From: the human T2T-CHM13v2.0 reference genome, Homo sapiens
Strand: one strand, 5' to 3'
Length of the DNA stretch: 64,000 nt
NCBI RefSeq assembly: GCF_009914755.1
Contig: NC_060929.1
Shown here: piece after piece, positions 14,188 through 27,705 of the stretch
How positions within the stretch are numbered: position 1 is the stretch's first letter
Layout of the letters: each line of letters begins with the position of its first letter
Made by a program: the position numbers and the translations under genes
Notes under the pieces: model-generated
Database searches by the model: none
What the model was told of the DNA's origin: nothing
What the model saw: only the letters and a program-made list of their open reading frames with translations

Positions 14188-15494
14188 TCTAAGTACCTTT
14201 TATTTCCGATCTGTGGCCAAGTAACCAGGTCTTCAAGAGACCACTCACAGGAAAGAGGGACTGATGTGACATGGTATGGATTCTAGCAGCTCCTCTTGAC
14301 TAAACAAATCATTTATTGATACAGCTTTAAAAAGCGTTTCAGTGTGAGCCATGCTTCACTGATGTGTCGCAACCCTGGACTGAAATTATAAATGGATTCC
14401 ATGTCAGGATTCTCTGTGCAGAGAAGTGCTCCCAGAACCCAAACATGCCAACAGCTAACACCCTGCACCAGCTCTCTGTTAGAAATGGTCTCGTTCTGTG
14501 TGGGTTGGTGAGCCTGCAAACTTGAATCTCGTTCATTCAACCTCCCCCTCTGCTTTGGCAGATGTGATTGATCCTCACAGGCATCTCAGAAACAAGGAGT
14601 CAATGGCGGAAAGCTGCTGCTGAAAGTGACACATAGTTGGACAGCTGATTATATTGGACCTAAGTGATAACAATTATAGCCTCTCTACCTCTCAGACTTT
14701 TTAATGGGTTTCAGAAAACCAGACAATTCTAAATGTCTACGGAAGCCTCTCATCTGAAAGCTACAAGAGATACGGAAAGTATATGTCCACATGGAAAGTA
14801 TATTGCCAGTGATTCAGTGAACTCAACATGGAATTAAATAAGAGAAGTACTTTGGGGCTAATACTAACACGGGCACAAAACTTAGACAAAAAGAGAAAAG
14901 GGGAGATAGCTCTAATTCTTATTCACTTGAGTATGTACCACCAGACTCCTACAAGGTCAATTAGGAATAAACGGAGGAAGAATTCTTAATATCTTTACAG
15001 CTTACTGTGATTTTATCATCTGTAGAAGTACTGATGTCTACAAACAAACCCATTTTGTGAGTCTTGATCAAAAAATTGTAATAAATTAATTTGTTTTACA
15101 TCATGTTTTTATAAATGAGCTCCTGTATTTTGCCAGTTTACTGCCAGCCTTTTAGTTTTCTTTTTGTAAAATCGCAAGTACATGTTTGGCACAAGCTCTG
15201 TTCTTCTAAATAAATGGTATATTAAACAATAGATTCTGAGATTTATTGGAGATTGATTAAGATGTTATTCTATCCATTTACATTATTCCTCTTGAACTAA
15301 ATTATTTACTTTATTCTTCTGAAACTAAATTAATTCCCTGAATCAGAGAATGTAACTATTTCTTAATACTTAATGTAACTATTAATGCTCTCCATCAGCA
15401 TGTACAGAAAAGTGAATGTAAGAAAATGTAAGTTATTTTAAACCTTCTCTGCTAGTCTAAGAGAAAATAAAAGACTGATAAAAGCAATCATCAA

Positions 15495-17520
15495 GGTGCC
15501 AGGTTAAAATGGTAGAATGAAAATTCACACCTAAAGTCACTCCTTCTCAAAGTAGAACCAAAGGAGATCTCCTCAATAATAAAATAATCTTTCAAAGATA
15601 GGAGAAAAATAGCTACTACTTTGTTAAACTATAAAACAGATAATTGAATGACCACTGATTAAGCAGATTTAATACAGCTAAATCCCTAAGGCTGTAATGG
15701 GGAAAAGCTGGGAAACAACTTTATTTATTCTGCAGAATCTTCAAAATCCTGAAGTGGGTATGGCACGGTGGCTCACATCTACAATCCCAGCACTTTAGGA
15801 GACCACGGCAGAAGGATCTCTTGAAGCCAGGAGTTTGAGACCAGCCTGGGCAACACACTGAGACTCAATCTTTACAAAAAAAATTAAAATAAAGATTAGC
15901 AAGGTGTGTTGGTGCACAGCGGTAGCTCCAGCTGCTCAGGAGGCTTGCTTGAGCTCAGGAGTTTGAAGCTGCAGTGAGCTATGATCATGCTACTGTACTC
16001 CAGCCTGGGCAACAAAGTGAGATTCTGTTAAAAAAAAAAAAAAAAAAAAACAACAACAACAACAAAAAACAAACGTGCTAGCAGCACTGGGGACTTGGGG
16101 ACTTCTGGTAATTCTGGAACTGACAGTGAAGGGGACACTTGATGGATACAAAAATAAAGGGAGTATCGTAAAAGTTGTTTGAGAATCATTTAAAACTCTA
16201 GATATCCTCCCACTTCATGGAGTGACTTTATCTCCCTTACCCCAAAAGAATTGTGAAAGATTACTCTTCAGTAAAGTTTAAATGGAGGATCTCTGGACCA
16301 GGGATACTAAGCACAGCTGTGGGTCTGGGTAATTTACTAAAAACAGCATCACTAAGTGGAGTATAAATAGGGCATGCTGAATGCTGAGACCACCAGCCCT
16401 CTCCGTCCACTCACCTCCAAGAATTATGGCAGCCAAATCTCCACCCTCTAGGCTCGGGATGACAAGACTGTTCTCTGGGACATCTGATCAGACAAAAGGA
16501 AATACATAAAGATACCAACATTTGGAGCTTGGCACTAGCGGTCTGTCTAGACCACCCTACTGTGAACTCAAAACCTCCAAGCCCCATGCCCATACTCAGA
16601 GCACTCAGTCAGATATTTAAACCTTCACTCTATCAGCAGAGAAAAGAAAATCTCTAGATATCTGAGGACAGCTTCTCATCTGAGGAAACACATCAATCTA
16701 AACAAATACTGAGAAAAAGTAAGCCACTCAGAGGACTGAGTGCAGAGAGAAGAAAACTTGAGGAAAACAACCAGTACTGATATACTCCCTGCAGTCAAAG
16801 ATGACATGGCATCCATGTCAGGAAACAATGAGAAAGGAACATTCAAAGAACAGAAAACCAGTTCTTAGAAATTGAAAACACTAAGGCAGAAATGAAAAAC
16901 AACAACTGGCGGGTTGGAAGGTTAATTTGAGGAAGTTTCATAGAAGATAGAGCAAAATAAACCAAAGAGATAAAAAGGAGGAGGGAAACGTTTGAGCAAT
17001 CCAAGGAGGTCCGACATCCAAATAAAATAGCAGTTCAGAAAGAACGAGCTGAGGAAACAGGAGAAAATCATCCACCAAATAATTCAAGATAATTTCCCAG
17101 CATTAAAGGGTAAACTGAAAGGGCCCACTGAGTGCCAAACACAATGGAGGAAAATAAACCCACACTAAAACACATTAAGAAATTTCAAAACCTTACTCAA
17201 AAACAGATCATAAAACCCTCATTAGAGAAAGAAAAAAAAAGGCCTCACAAATCAAATTTTTTTCTAGAATAACAAAGAAAATTGAGCAACAGCTTCAAAA
17301 CTTAGAAGAAAAATTATTTCCCAAGTAGAATTCCATGCTTAATCAAACTATCCACCCAATAGGAGGGTTGAATCAAGATATTTTCAAACATGAACAAACA
17401 AAAACAATGATATTTTCTCCCATACACTGTTTTGTGCTCCACCAAAGTGAAACAGATGAAGAAAGAAGTTCACATAGGACAACAGCAGAAGACAAAGGAA
17501 TCCCAAGTGTCTGTTTGCTG
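15495..17520 (+). mobile_element. HAL1-like element (5'UTR + ORF1-like fossil), interrupted by an AluJ
   Basis: 'gataatttcccagc...gaaagggcccactgagtgcc...cccacactaaaacacatt' resembles HAL1 ORF1; L1-like start 'ttaaaatgg'. Confidence 0.7.
15756..16073 (+). mobile_element. AluJ with a small right-arm deletion and an A/(CAA)n tail
   Basis: Dimer structure with J diagnostics. Confidence 0.93.
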
Positions 17521-17539
17521 AGAACCAGGCAAGGAGATG

Positions 17540-17985
17540 CATTAGTTAAGGTACAGGATAGCTTTGCAACAAACTGGCTTCCCAAATACAGTGGCTTAAA
17601 GCAGGGAGAAATTTATTTCTCCCTCATGTAACACCACCAAATTGAGCAATCCTGGTTGGTGGGACATCTGTGCTTCACCTGATCATTGAGGGACCCAAGT
17701 CCCTTCTGTCTTGTTGTTCATCCAGACTGTTGCACTCTTCTGTACATTCAAAGCTTAAGGAAATATCTATGCTCCAGGTTGCGGGGAAGGAAAATCAGAA
17801 ATTCAAAGCAATTAAAGTACAAGTTTATACACATTCCTTCCACTCTTAAACCACCAGTGATAACTTAGTTACATGACCACACCTACAAGAAGAGAGGCTA
17901 TGAAATATAGTTTCCAGCTATATAGCCATGTATTCAGCCTAAATCCTACTATATGGAAGAAAGGAAAAATCAAATTTTGTGATAT
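17540..17985 (-). mobile_element. Old MaLR LTR (MLT1I/J/K-like)
   Basis: 'cagtggcttaaa...atttatttctccctcatgtaaca' and 'ttagttacatgaccacaccta...aggctatgaaatatagt'. Confidence 0.7.
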
Positions 17986-18336
17986 TTTATGATTTCTGCT
18001 ATATAGAGCAATCAGTCCAAATTGAATTATATTTTTAAAATGTGTGAAAAAAGAACAGTACAGATCCCTGTATCCACGGACATCCTTCTTTCCAAAGTGA
18101 ATAGAAAGGTATGGTGAAAATCAATAGAAATGAGTCCTTTTAATAGGATTTACAGTAATTGTATTGTATGGCAAGTATCAAGTGATGAAACAACATAGAA
18201 TTGTACTCCTAACAAGGAGGAGACATAACAGCCTGGGTATCTCTCCCTCAATTAGTATCTTGGCAAGAGTTTTTGAACCCTTATGAGTGCAATGCAAAAG
18301 AAAATATAGATATTCTCAAATAAGAGAAATTTTCTA

Positions 18337-18552
<216 letters not shown>

Positions 18553-18559
18553 CTAGTAA

Positions 18560-18850
18560 TATTTTCACTGGTAACCTTTCTGTGTTCCTTTTGAATTGTA
18601 TATGTTAACATTTCTATCACATCCAAGAAGAGAAAAAAATAAAATGCATTTCCTAAAACATACATATAAAAGTGCATACACCTTCTGAACCAGCAATTCC
18701 AATTCTAGGAAGTTATTCTACAGATACACTAGTACAACATTTTTATAGCTTAAAAAAAGAGACAATCTAAATATTCACCAACAGGTTAATTATACACATC
18801 TATACTATGGAATACAATGCAGCCTCAAAAAAGAATATAAATTTCTTGGA
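18560..18850 (+). mobile_element. L1ME-like 3' fragments
   Basis: 'ccagcaattccaattctaggaagttattctacag', 'tactatggaatacaatgcagcc'. Confidence 0.6.
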
Positions 18851-20484
18851 AGTTAACTAAAACCAAAACAATTAATTGTGAATAATAACTATAGGAATGA
18901 TTAATTAGATGCAATCTTTGCCTCTGATCACAATGTGATTTCAAAAAAGATTAAAATATTACTTTGAAGAAGAAAAAGATAGACTCTAAGACTGAAAATG
19001 CATTGACATGACATTAAACTTAAATGGCATATGAATCCATAATTGTTTGCCTTTATCTGTGAAGCAAAATCTGCTTGAAATCACACTTTTGTTTAAAATA
19101 GTAATGGCAATCATATTGTTGACTCAGAAAAGTATTATGGTACGTCAGAAAGAACACCCAATTTGGTGTTTCTGACTTGGATTGGCGCTTAGCTCTTTCA
19201 CTTCCCATCTTGCCGCCAGCACTGCAACAGACACAAAAGGTCCAAAACGTGGTGCTCACTGATGTTGGGCTGGGAAGCAGGATGAGGGAAGGTGAAGCAC
19301 GACAGTCCCAGGAGGCAATGGGCCAAGTCAACATGGAAATTCAGTGTGGAGGACAAGACAGAACTGAGATAACCAAAAGTTGGGATGCAGAGTCAGAAAT
19401 GATACAGGATGATAAACCTGAGTCTTGAAAGAAACTAAGTATCTGGGAAAAGGTGTTTTCAACAGGCTCTCTGGGCATAGGCAGGCCTGCTGTTCTTGGG
19501 TAAAATGTTTCCACGGTGCTGATTGGCGTTTGACAAAGGCATTTAACCTCTAGGAGCCTAGGTTTCCTATCTGTGATCTATAAATAACAACACATAACTG
19601 GAAAAGATGTAGGTAAAAGGATTCTTACAAATGTAAGACAGGATATTTTATTTACTACTTCAGGACAACTGCACTGCACTGGAACAAGAGTCATATTTCT
19701 GTTAGCAGGACTCAACCTATCTCCATGTGCACAAAACGACTGTAAAAAACAGTCTACAGCTGATTTTCAGCATTTCACTGAGGTGTCATATTTCCTAAGG
19801 CTGTGCTTCATGATGCTCTAAAGCTTTTCTAACCTCTGTCCTATTTTGAGAGTCCCCTGGGGTTTATTCCTATAATAACTTCATTGCTTGTAATTTGACT
19901 TTCCTGTCTCAAGCCATTAACTTTACAAGACTAAGCCAGATAATGTGTGATAGGTGAAACATTCTAGGATTCTCTTGTAGAAACCTCTGTGCAATTAGAG
20001 GTAAAGAATGATTCTTCAAAATTGTCTTGTGGTATGGACAGCTATAAAATTATTCCACAATTTAGTCAGCAAATCAGTTCATTAGCTCATGCTCTTCCTG
20101 CATTATACCAACGTATATGGTAGCCTTTTGCATTCATAATGTCTATTCATTAAATGACTGTAGGTCATCACATTTTGTTCCTAGCAGTATGCAGATGATC
20201 TCAAATAAAATCATATAACTAAATGGCTGTAGTGGGTTACAAACAGATTATTAAAATCCTAACCTAAATCACTATATTTTGATTAGGCATCTGTTAACAG
20301 ATGTATAACACAGTAAGAAATACATAGGCTGGACAAATATATAGCACCTTAGGATGTGCGCTCATATGAATTGCTGTGATCTGAAAAAAAAATGAACATA
20401 TTAAATTTATAGAAATTTAGGTCAGTAAAAAGCAAGCATTTTATAGTGCTATAAATTCAGGAGCAAAACACAGAGATTTGTCAT

Positions 20485-20605
20485 TGTAGCGAAGATGGTT
20501 AACTGCTTCCCAATTCTCACTCTCCCGTTATGGTCATTTTTATCTGGGCAGTTTGCCACTCAGCTAAAAGCCTGTACTCCCCAGTCTCCCTTACTATGTA
20601 GCAAT
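20485..20605 (+). mobile_element. LTR16-like (ERVL) fragment
   Basis: 'cactcagctaaaagcctgtactccccagtctccctt' resembles the LTR16 motif. Confidence 0.4.
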
Positions 20606-20863
20606 TCCTTGCCTCAAATCCTCTATAAAATGTAATCAGGAATGAATAAATACATATAAAAATTATATGTAAACTTACTTCTGTGTTAAACCAATCTGGG
20701 AAGATGGTGAGTCTCGCTTTTCAGCTAATATCCTCCCTAACATGACCTTTGCAGCGTGGGGTGAGGGGATTTGGAAAAATAGTTGCTTGTTTACCCTAAT
20801 CATATATGTTTGGGTCCATTTCTTATCATTAACCACAACCAAAAAGAAGAAAAAGAGCCAACA

Positions 20864-21166
20864 GGCTGGGCGCAGTAGCTCACGCCTGTAATCCCAGCAC
20901 TTTGGACAGCCAAAGCGGGTGGATCACGAGGTCAGGAGATCAAGACCATCCTGGCCAACATGGTGTAAACCCCGTCTCTACTAAAAATACAAAAATTAGC
21001 CAAGCGTGGTGGTGCATGCCTGTAGTCCCAGCTACTCAGGAGGCTGACGCAGGAGAATCGCTTGAACCCAGGAGCCAGAAGCTGCAGTGAGCTGAGATCA
21101 CGGCACTGCACTCCAGCCTGGGCAACAGAGCGAGACTCTGTCTCAAGAAAACTATAAAGAAAAAGA
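20864..21166 (+). mobile_element. AluSc
   Basis: 'ggatcacgaggtcaggagatcaagaccatcctggccaac'; TSD aaaagagc(c/a)aaca. Confidence 0.96.
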
Positions 21167-23117
21167 AAAAGAGCAAACAAATCTGGAACCAGGCATATGA
21201 CTGTAATGAAGGTCTTCTGCTGCTATATCAAACTTATAAAGCAAAAGACACCCATGCTCTTCTGATACAAGGGAGAAGGAATTAAGAAAGTTTATCGGTT
21301 TTACAAATGATTGAGGTTCAGAAAATGGTATCTTCTCCTGCCAATTCTGATCTAGGATCTTAATGCAGACATCAAAGTGCTTTTGTTCATCTTGATTCTC
21401 CAAATCTTGGTTCCTCAAATCTTAGATCAATGTTTGCCCTTGGCTCCATCCTATAGGTATCCTCACTAGGAATTAAAAGTACCCCAATTCCCACTTCAGG
21501 ACTCCTGTAATTCTAATAAAACTCTAACTTGGTGTGCGGCTATACAAAGTTATAAATTTGGAGTTTGACTGTCCTTGAATAAGTGAAATTGCTTTGTTTC
21601 ATAAAACTATATTTTATAATATTATAATTTTAGTCAAAGAATTTGATCTAAGTATCAATGTAGGTCTCAAACTTAACGTTATCAAAATACTATCCTCATT
21701 TTTATAAATGAAGCAACTGAAAGATTTAGTGCATTTCATTGGCTAAAACAAGCTACAAGTTCAATCTCAACATCACTAGTATAGAAAAATATATTCTACT
21801 TTACCCACAGTGTGGGGGGAACGCTATGAAGTAATGTGCAAAAGATGTGGATGTATACTTCTCTTAGGAAACAATGACAGGGGGTAGGGGAGTATCAGGT
21901 GAAGAATGAGAATAATAATCACTCTTCTATAGTGTATTGGAAGAAATGGACGTTTTGATAAAGGTTTATTTTTACAATTAATGCCTGACATGGATGAAGT
22001 TTACACTGAATTGTTGCACACTCTAAAATTCCTTTAAGTGATTACATTTCCTAAAGTAGCCAAGTGTAATTCAAACCACAAATGTCTTTTAGGGTAGAAC
22101 TGATAAAGATGACAAAGAATGTGATTGATGAAAATTGGCTGCCAACAATGTTTTTAAAAGGGAACTCATTTCAAAAAGCAGATAAATATTTACTGCCTTT
22201 TTTAAAAAAAAAAAAAGATAAAATGAGTGAAGTTGGCTGAATACCAAAGAGTTTTAAAATGTCAGTTAAGCAGCATCACTAAGTACACACACACACACAC
22301 GTTTGTATCTAATGAATATTTTTTCATGTTGTGCTATATAGTTATTAATAAAGTATATGACACTTTACCAAGTAATTCATATAAGATACCAAACAAACAA
22401 AAAAAACATGATTCCTTCATGATGTTTTAAGAAGTCAATTAAACAGGGAAAAAGCAAAGAGGTTTTACAAATTTTATTTTTATTTTTGTTACTGGTCAAT
22501 GTTATGTGGATAAGTTCACAGGAACACTTCAATTTTGAAAGTTGCTTTTTATTTCAAAATAAACTGTTATATGTGTGACACTATGAAAGTTTCAAATGTA
22601 GAGGTCATTTTTAAAATAATATCTGATTTCAGTTGACAAGTAGCATACCTGCTTCTATAGCCACAGCTGCATGATGAACTGTGGTTGAGTAAATGTATTT
22701 ATTATCAAACTGTCAAAAAAAATCTGAATTTAATTTATTATTCATTCTTGCTGGGAAAAAAAATCTGGGTGTCTCCTCTGGAATGAACTAGATCTTGATT
22801 TATAACTATTTGTTTAGAATACAGTAATACCAGAAAAAAATGCCAAGTATGTCCTCAAAATTTGAGCAAAAAAATTTTTAGTTAAAAAATAAAACCCAAA
22901 TGTGCTCTCTTTTTCATTGCTATGGAAGGTAACACATACATTAATATAAGGAAACAAATGTTAAATTGCTTTTGGTTCCTCATTTGTATCATTGCTTTCT
23001 TTGTTTGCTTATTCACAAAATCACAATCTCAACATGTTCTTTATCTTATGGAGATCTAACAGTGAAAAATAGAGACTTAATAACCCCTAACATCAGGATC
23101 TATCTTAGTTATTATCA

Positions 23118-23301
23118 TTTACTTATTATTTTGATATAATTGATATATTTACTTATTATTTTGATATATTATATAATATAATAATAAAATATAAGATTAT
23201 AATATATATTATATTAATTATATATAACAAATATATAAATTAAATATAATTATAATATAATATATATTTTGATATGTTTACTTATTATTTTGATATAATT
23301 G
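23118..23301. repeat. AT-rich low-complexity block bounded by three copies of tttacttattattttgatata
   Basis: Copies at 23118, 23148 and 23277. Confidence 0.9.
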
Positions 23302-23499
23302 CTTTTAGTCTTTATGCATATCTTTATGGAGTAGTTATTGTACATACAATAAGCTATCATTACTTCTGAAATGTAAATTTATTATCCAATATTTCCTTGT
23401 GCTATTAAATTTTTGTAAGTCAGATTTTAATGATACATAATTGTCAATTAGACATATTTACTAAATCCTTTATATTCACCCTTTACTTATAAAGCATAT

Positions 23500-23900
23500 T
23501 AGGCTACACCCATTTTAAATCATTACATATGATACTGCTGTGCACATATGTACATATGTAATGGATTTAAGCATTTCAGATTATTTTATTCAGGTAGATT
23601 CAAAAAACAAAATTATTGGGCCAAATAATAAAGCAATTTTAGACATTTTGTTCAAATTCCCAAATTACTTTCCAAAAAAGCTTGTAAAAGATCATTCTCC
23701 CTAGCTTTACATTTGACTAATAACTTCACTTGCACCTCACCAGCATTTAGCTTGGTCTTATTTTAACGGAGACCTTGTTGATATAAAAGATGAAAAATGG
23801 CTTCTTATTACTGATTAATAAGTAATAAATGAAATAATTAGTAATTATTTCATTAGTAGTGAGGTTAATTTATTTTAATGATTATTTGTGTATGGAGAAT
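23500..23900 (-). mobile_element. L1ME-like fragment (antisense)
   Basis: 'caaattactttccaaaa', 'cacctcaccagcattt', 'cattagtagtgaggtt' correspond to the reverse of the L1 ORF2 3' end. Confidence 0.6.
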
Positions 23901-25835
23901 GTTCAATCTCTGATTGTCAAATTTCCAAATAAGACAGATGCAAGTTAAAATATTCTACGTCCCATTTCATCTGGTGCCTTTTCATCTGGTGTTGTCTCAT
24001 TTCCTTCCATTTCATGAAAATTTGATAATTTAAATACTTACCATATACCACTATTACTCTTAGACGTGGGTAATTGGAGGCAGGTCTTCTACTGGCTCTT
24101 CCCTACTGAACCTCTCTACGAGGCAAGGAGTCCATGGAGCAAAGAGACATGCCACCTGAAGCCTGTGCCCCCAGCCACCACAATCCAGGTGCCCCATATC
24201 TGGAATTCCTTATGTAAATGACTCCAAGTCTATTCCAGGGGCTACATGGGCCTCTTCCATGGGTCCTTCCTTTGTAGGTTTGGGGGCCTTCATTTGTAGG
24301 TTTGCCCTATAATATACATGGAATAGATCCAACATGGACTCTTCTAAACCCCACATATTGAGTATGAACTCACATACATAATACCCAGAACTTTTATTTT
24401 ATATTCAGCAAGGTTCAGAGCCAAGTTAGTAAGTACAAGGGTTATATAATCGGTTTGAATTTGAAGTCTAGTTATGCCACTTAGTTTTGTGATTTTTAAG
24501 TAAGCAATTTAATGTCTCAAACAACCTAGAATGTAATACTTTGCAGTGTAGGAACAAGATTAAAGAAAAGGAATGGCTTCCAGGAATATTCTTATAGTGC
24601 ACTGTACAAACTCATCCCGCATAATGACATGAAGGAGGTCATATTCCAATATGAAAATGTTCTACAGTGCCTAGCCCTGAGAGTATGGAAGTGGCTTGAA
24701 ATGCATAAAGCCAAAATGTAATGTGTAAAGCATTGTTTCAATTATCAGATGTGTAAAATTGTAAAAGCAGAATTTTTTTCTCATTGACTCCTAGTCAAAA
24801 TGGAAGTTCTCTACCTTTAGGAATGTACTGAAACTTTCAAAACATATCATTTCAAATGCAATATACATTTTTTTCTTTTTTGGTACAAACCATGCAAAAT
24901 CAGATTTATCAGATGTCCTATGATTATAAACCACACATCTATAACAGTATTAAAAAACATGTCAGGAGTAATGTCAGCAAGATGCCATAATAGAAAAACT
25001 CCCAGCATCACTCCCCTCACAAAAATACAGCTAGAAACTATTGAAAGACCAGAACACCACCCCAAATACACCAGAACTCAGGGGAGAAGCAGAGAAACCA
25101 TGCGGGCCCACAAAATCAAGAGAAACCTCAACCAGTAAAAGAAACAGTCATTTCAGACCATTCCCTCTTTTCCCTCAAGATGGTATAACACCACTCACAG
25201 AGAATTGCCCTAAACCCTCAGGTGCTGAAGTAAGAGGGGGGAATTGGAATTGGACATTAAACCCACTCCAGTCCCACACCACAGGAACCACTAGGAGTTC
25301 CAGGAGTGCTGAGCTACTTGAAGTAAACTGGGAACAAAGAATGGGGCACTGCTCACAGCAGCTGGCATGAAGAGCTTTATGGCTATTCAGTACTCCAATC
25401 AGCAACAATGTCATATTGAAGAGACTGGCCAGTGCCATTGCACCATAGAAGGAAAAAAACTAAAGGAAGTCCTGAATCCATAACTAGATTTTCCACCCAA
25501 ATGCTCCTATAGAGGTTGAAATTAAATCCAGTGCTTGCTAAATCTTCCACTGGACTGGGAAACAATGACAAGGCACCAAAATAGTTATGGAGCAGCATTT
25601 AAGCTCTGTACTCACTATAAGTTTTTCTCAGACTGTGAAAAAAAGTGGAAGGGCAGCAATTTAGTCCCAGAGCAACATTCATATTCCAGTGTTCACTGTA
25701 AGTCTTCTACAGAATAAACACAACAAAAGGGCAAATAGTTTCAGTACAGTGTTTTAGTTCCAGTGTCCACCTCAGAATGGGAAGCAACAACAGCCAGTAT
25801 TTAAGTTCCAGTACTAAGAAGTAAAGACCTAGTAC

Positions 25836-26086
25836 AAAGGTTATAGTTAACAATGATACATTTTATATTTCAAAATAGCTAGAAGAGAAGAATTATAATG
25901 TTTCCAACACAAAGAAATGATAAATGTTTGAGGTGATGGATATCCTAATTACCCCAATTTGATCATTACACATTATATACAGGTATCAAAGTATCATGTG
26001 TGCCCCTCAACAAAGAAGATCTCAACCCTTTAGTTAATAGAATGAGCCAAATAACGAAATTAATGAAACATATTTTTTGGAAAAAA
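25836..26086 (+). mobile_element. TSD-flanked insert: L1MA/MB 3' fragment + ~75 bp non-L1 sequence + short polyA
   Basis: Flanks aagaagtaaagacctagtac (25816-25835) and aagaagtaaaggtctaacac (26087-26106). Confidence 0.7.
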
Positions 26087-27705
26087 AAGAAGTAAAGGTC
26101 TAACACCACCAGAGAACACATGCAAAAACTAGAAGATGCAGTTGTCTCCTCAAATATGCAGGCATCAACATAAAGATGCAAGGGCTGTGCAAACTCAGGG
26201 AAATATGACACGACCAAAACAAAAAACAAAAAAAGCCTCCAGCAACGGACCCCCCAAAATTAAAGATCTATGGAATTTCTGACAGAGAATTCAGAATAAT
26301 TCTCTTAAAGAAGTTCAGGAAATCACAAGAAAATATAGATAGAAAACTAAATGAAATTTGGAAAACAATCCAGGAATAAAATTTAAAACTTGACAAAGAG
26401 AAACAATTAAAAAAAGAAATTGTGGCATTAAAAAATACAGTAACTAAACTGAAAGACATATTAGAAAGCTTCCACAGCAGACATGATCAAATAGAAGAAA
26501 ACTTAGTGAGCTTGGAGACATAACATATGAAATTACCCACTCAAGGGAGCAGAAAGGAAAAAGAATTAAAAAGATTGAAGAAGGTCTATGAGAATTATGG
26601 CACACCACCCAATTAACTAATCTTCATATAACTGGAATTCCCACAGGAGACAAGAGATTTAAAAAAAAAAAAGCATAGAAAGTTTATTTAAGTAAATAAT
26701 GGCTGAAAAATTCCCAAATCTGGAAAAAAATGACAGCATCCAGGCACAGAAAGCCCAGATGTCACCACTCAAAGTTTACCCAAAAGAAATTCCCTTTCTT
26801 TTTGAATTTCAATCAATTGAATCAATTTGAATTGAATTTCAATCAATATAGCAAAAATCAAAAGGAAAGAAAGAGAACTCAAAACAGGAAGAGGAAATAA
26901 ACATATCACATGAAATGAAGCCCAATATGGCTTTTGGTGGATTTATCAGCAGAAATGCAGTAGGCCAGGAGAGAGTGGGATGCTATATTTAAAGTGCGAA
27001 AGAAAAAAAAAATGCCAAACAACCATATTGTATCCAGCAAAGCTATCCTTCAAATGTGAGGAAGAGAAAAAGACTTGCCCAGACAAACAAAAGCTGAAGG
27101 AATTCACTAACACAGACCTGTCTTTCAAGAAATGCTAATGTCAGACCTGTCTTCAATCCAAAAGAAATGGACACTAATGTCCAACAAGAAAACACAAAGT
27201 ATAAAACTCACTAGTAAAAGTAAGAAAACAAATTTAGAATACTCTAATATGGTAATTTAATACATAACTATTAAAAAGATAATACAACAAATGGTTAAAA
27301 GATAGGCAGATAAAAAAGATGTAAATTGAAACATCAAAAAGTAAGGTGGTGGGAAGAAAATGTTAAATTGTGGAGTTTCTTTTCAATACGATTGTGGTCA
27401 AGTCATTATCACTTTAAAATAACCTATTTTAACTGTAAGGTTTTTTGTAAGCCTTATGGAAACCAAAAAGCAAAAACCTATCACAAGTACACTAAAAATA
27501 AATAGCATAGAGTCAAAACATGCTACTAGTGGAAATCACTTAACCACACAGGAAGACAGTAAGACAGGAAAAAATAAATTATCTATAAAATAATCAAAAA
27601 ACAAGTAACAAAATGGTAGTAGTAAACACTCACCTATCAATAACCTTGAATGTAACTGGATTTAATTATTCAATTAAAAGACATAGAGTAGATAAACGGA
27701 TTTTT

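Noticed and set aside
25480-25815. Spaced repeats as a CRISPR-like array
   Set aside because: Eukaryotic context, highly degenerate units inside an L1 5'UTR, and no cas genes
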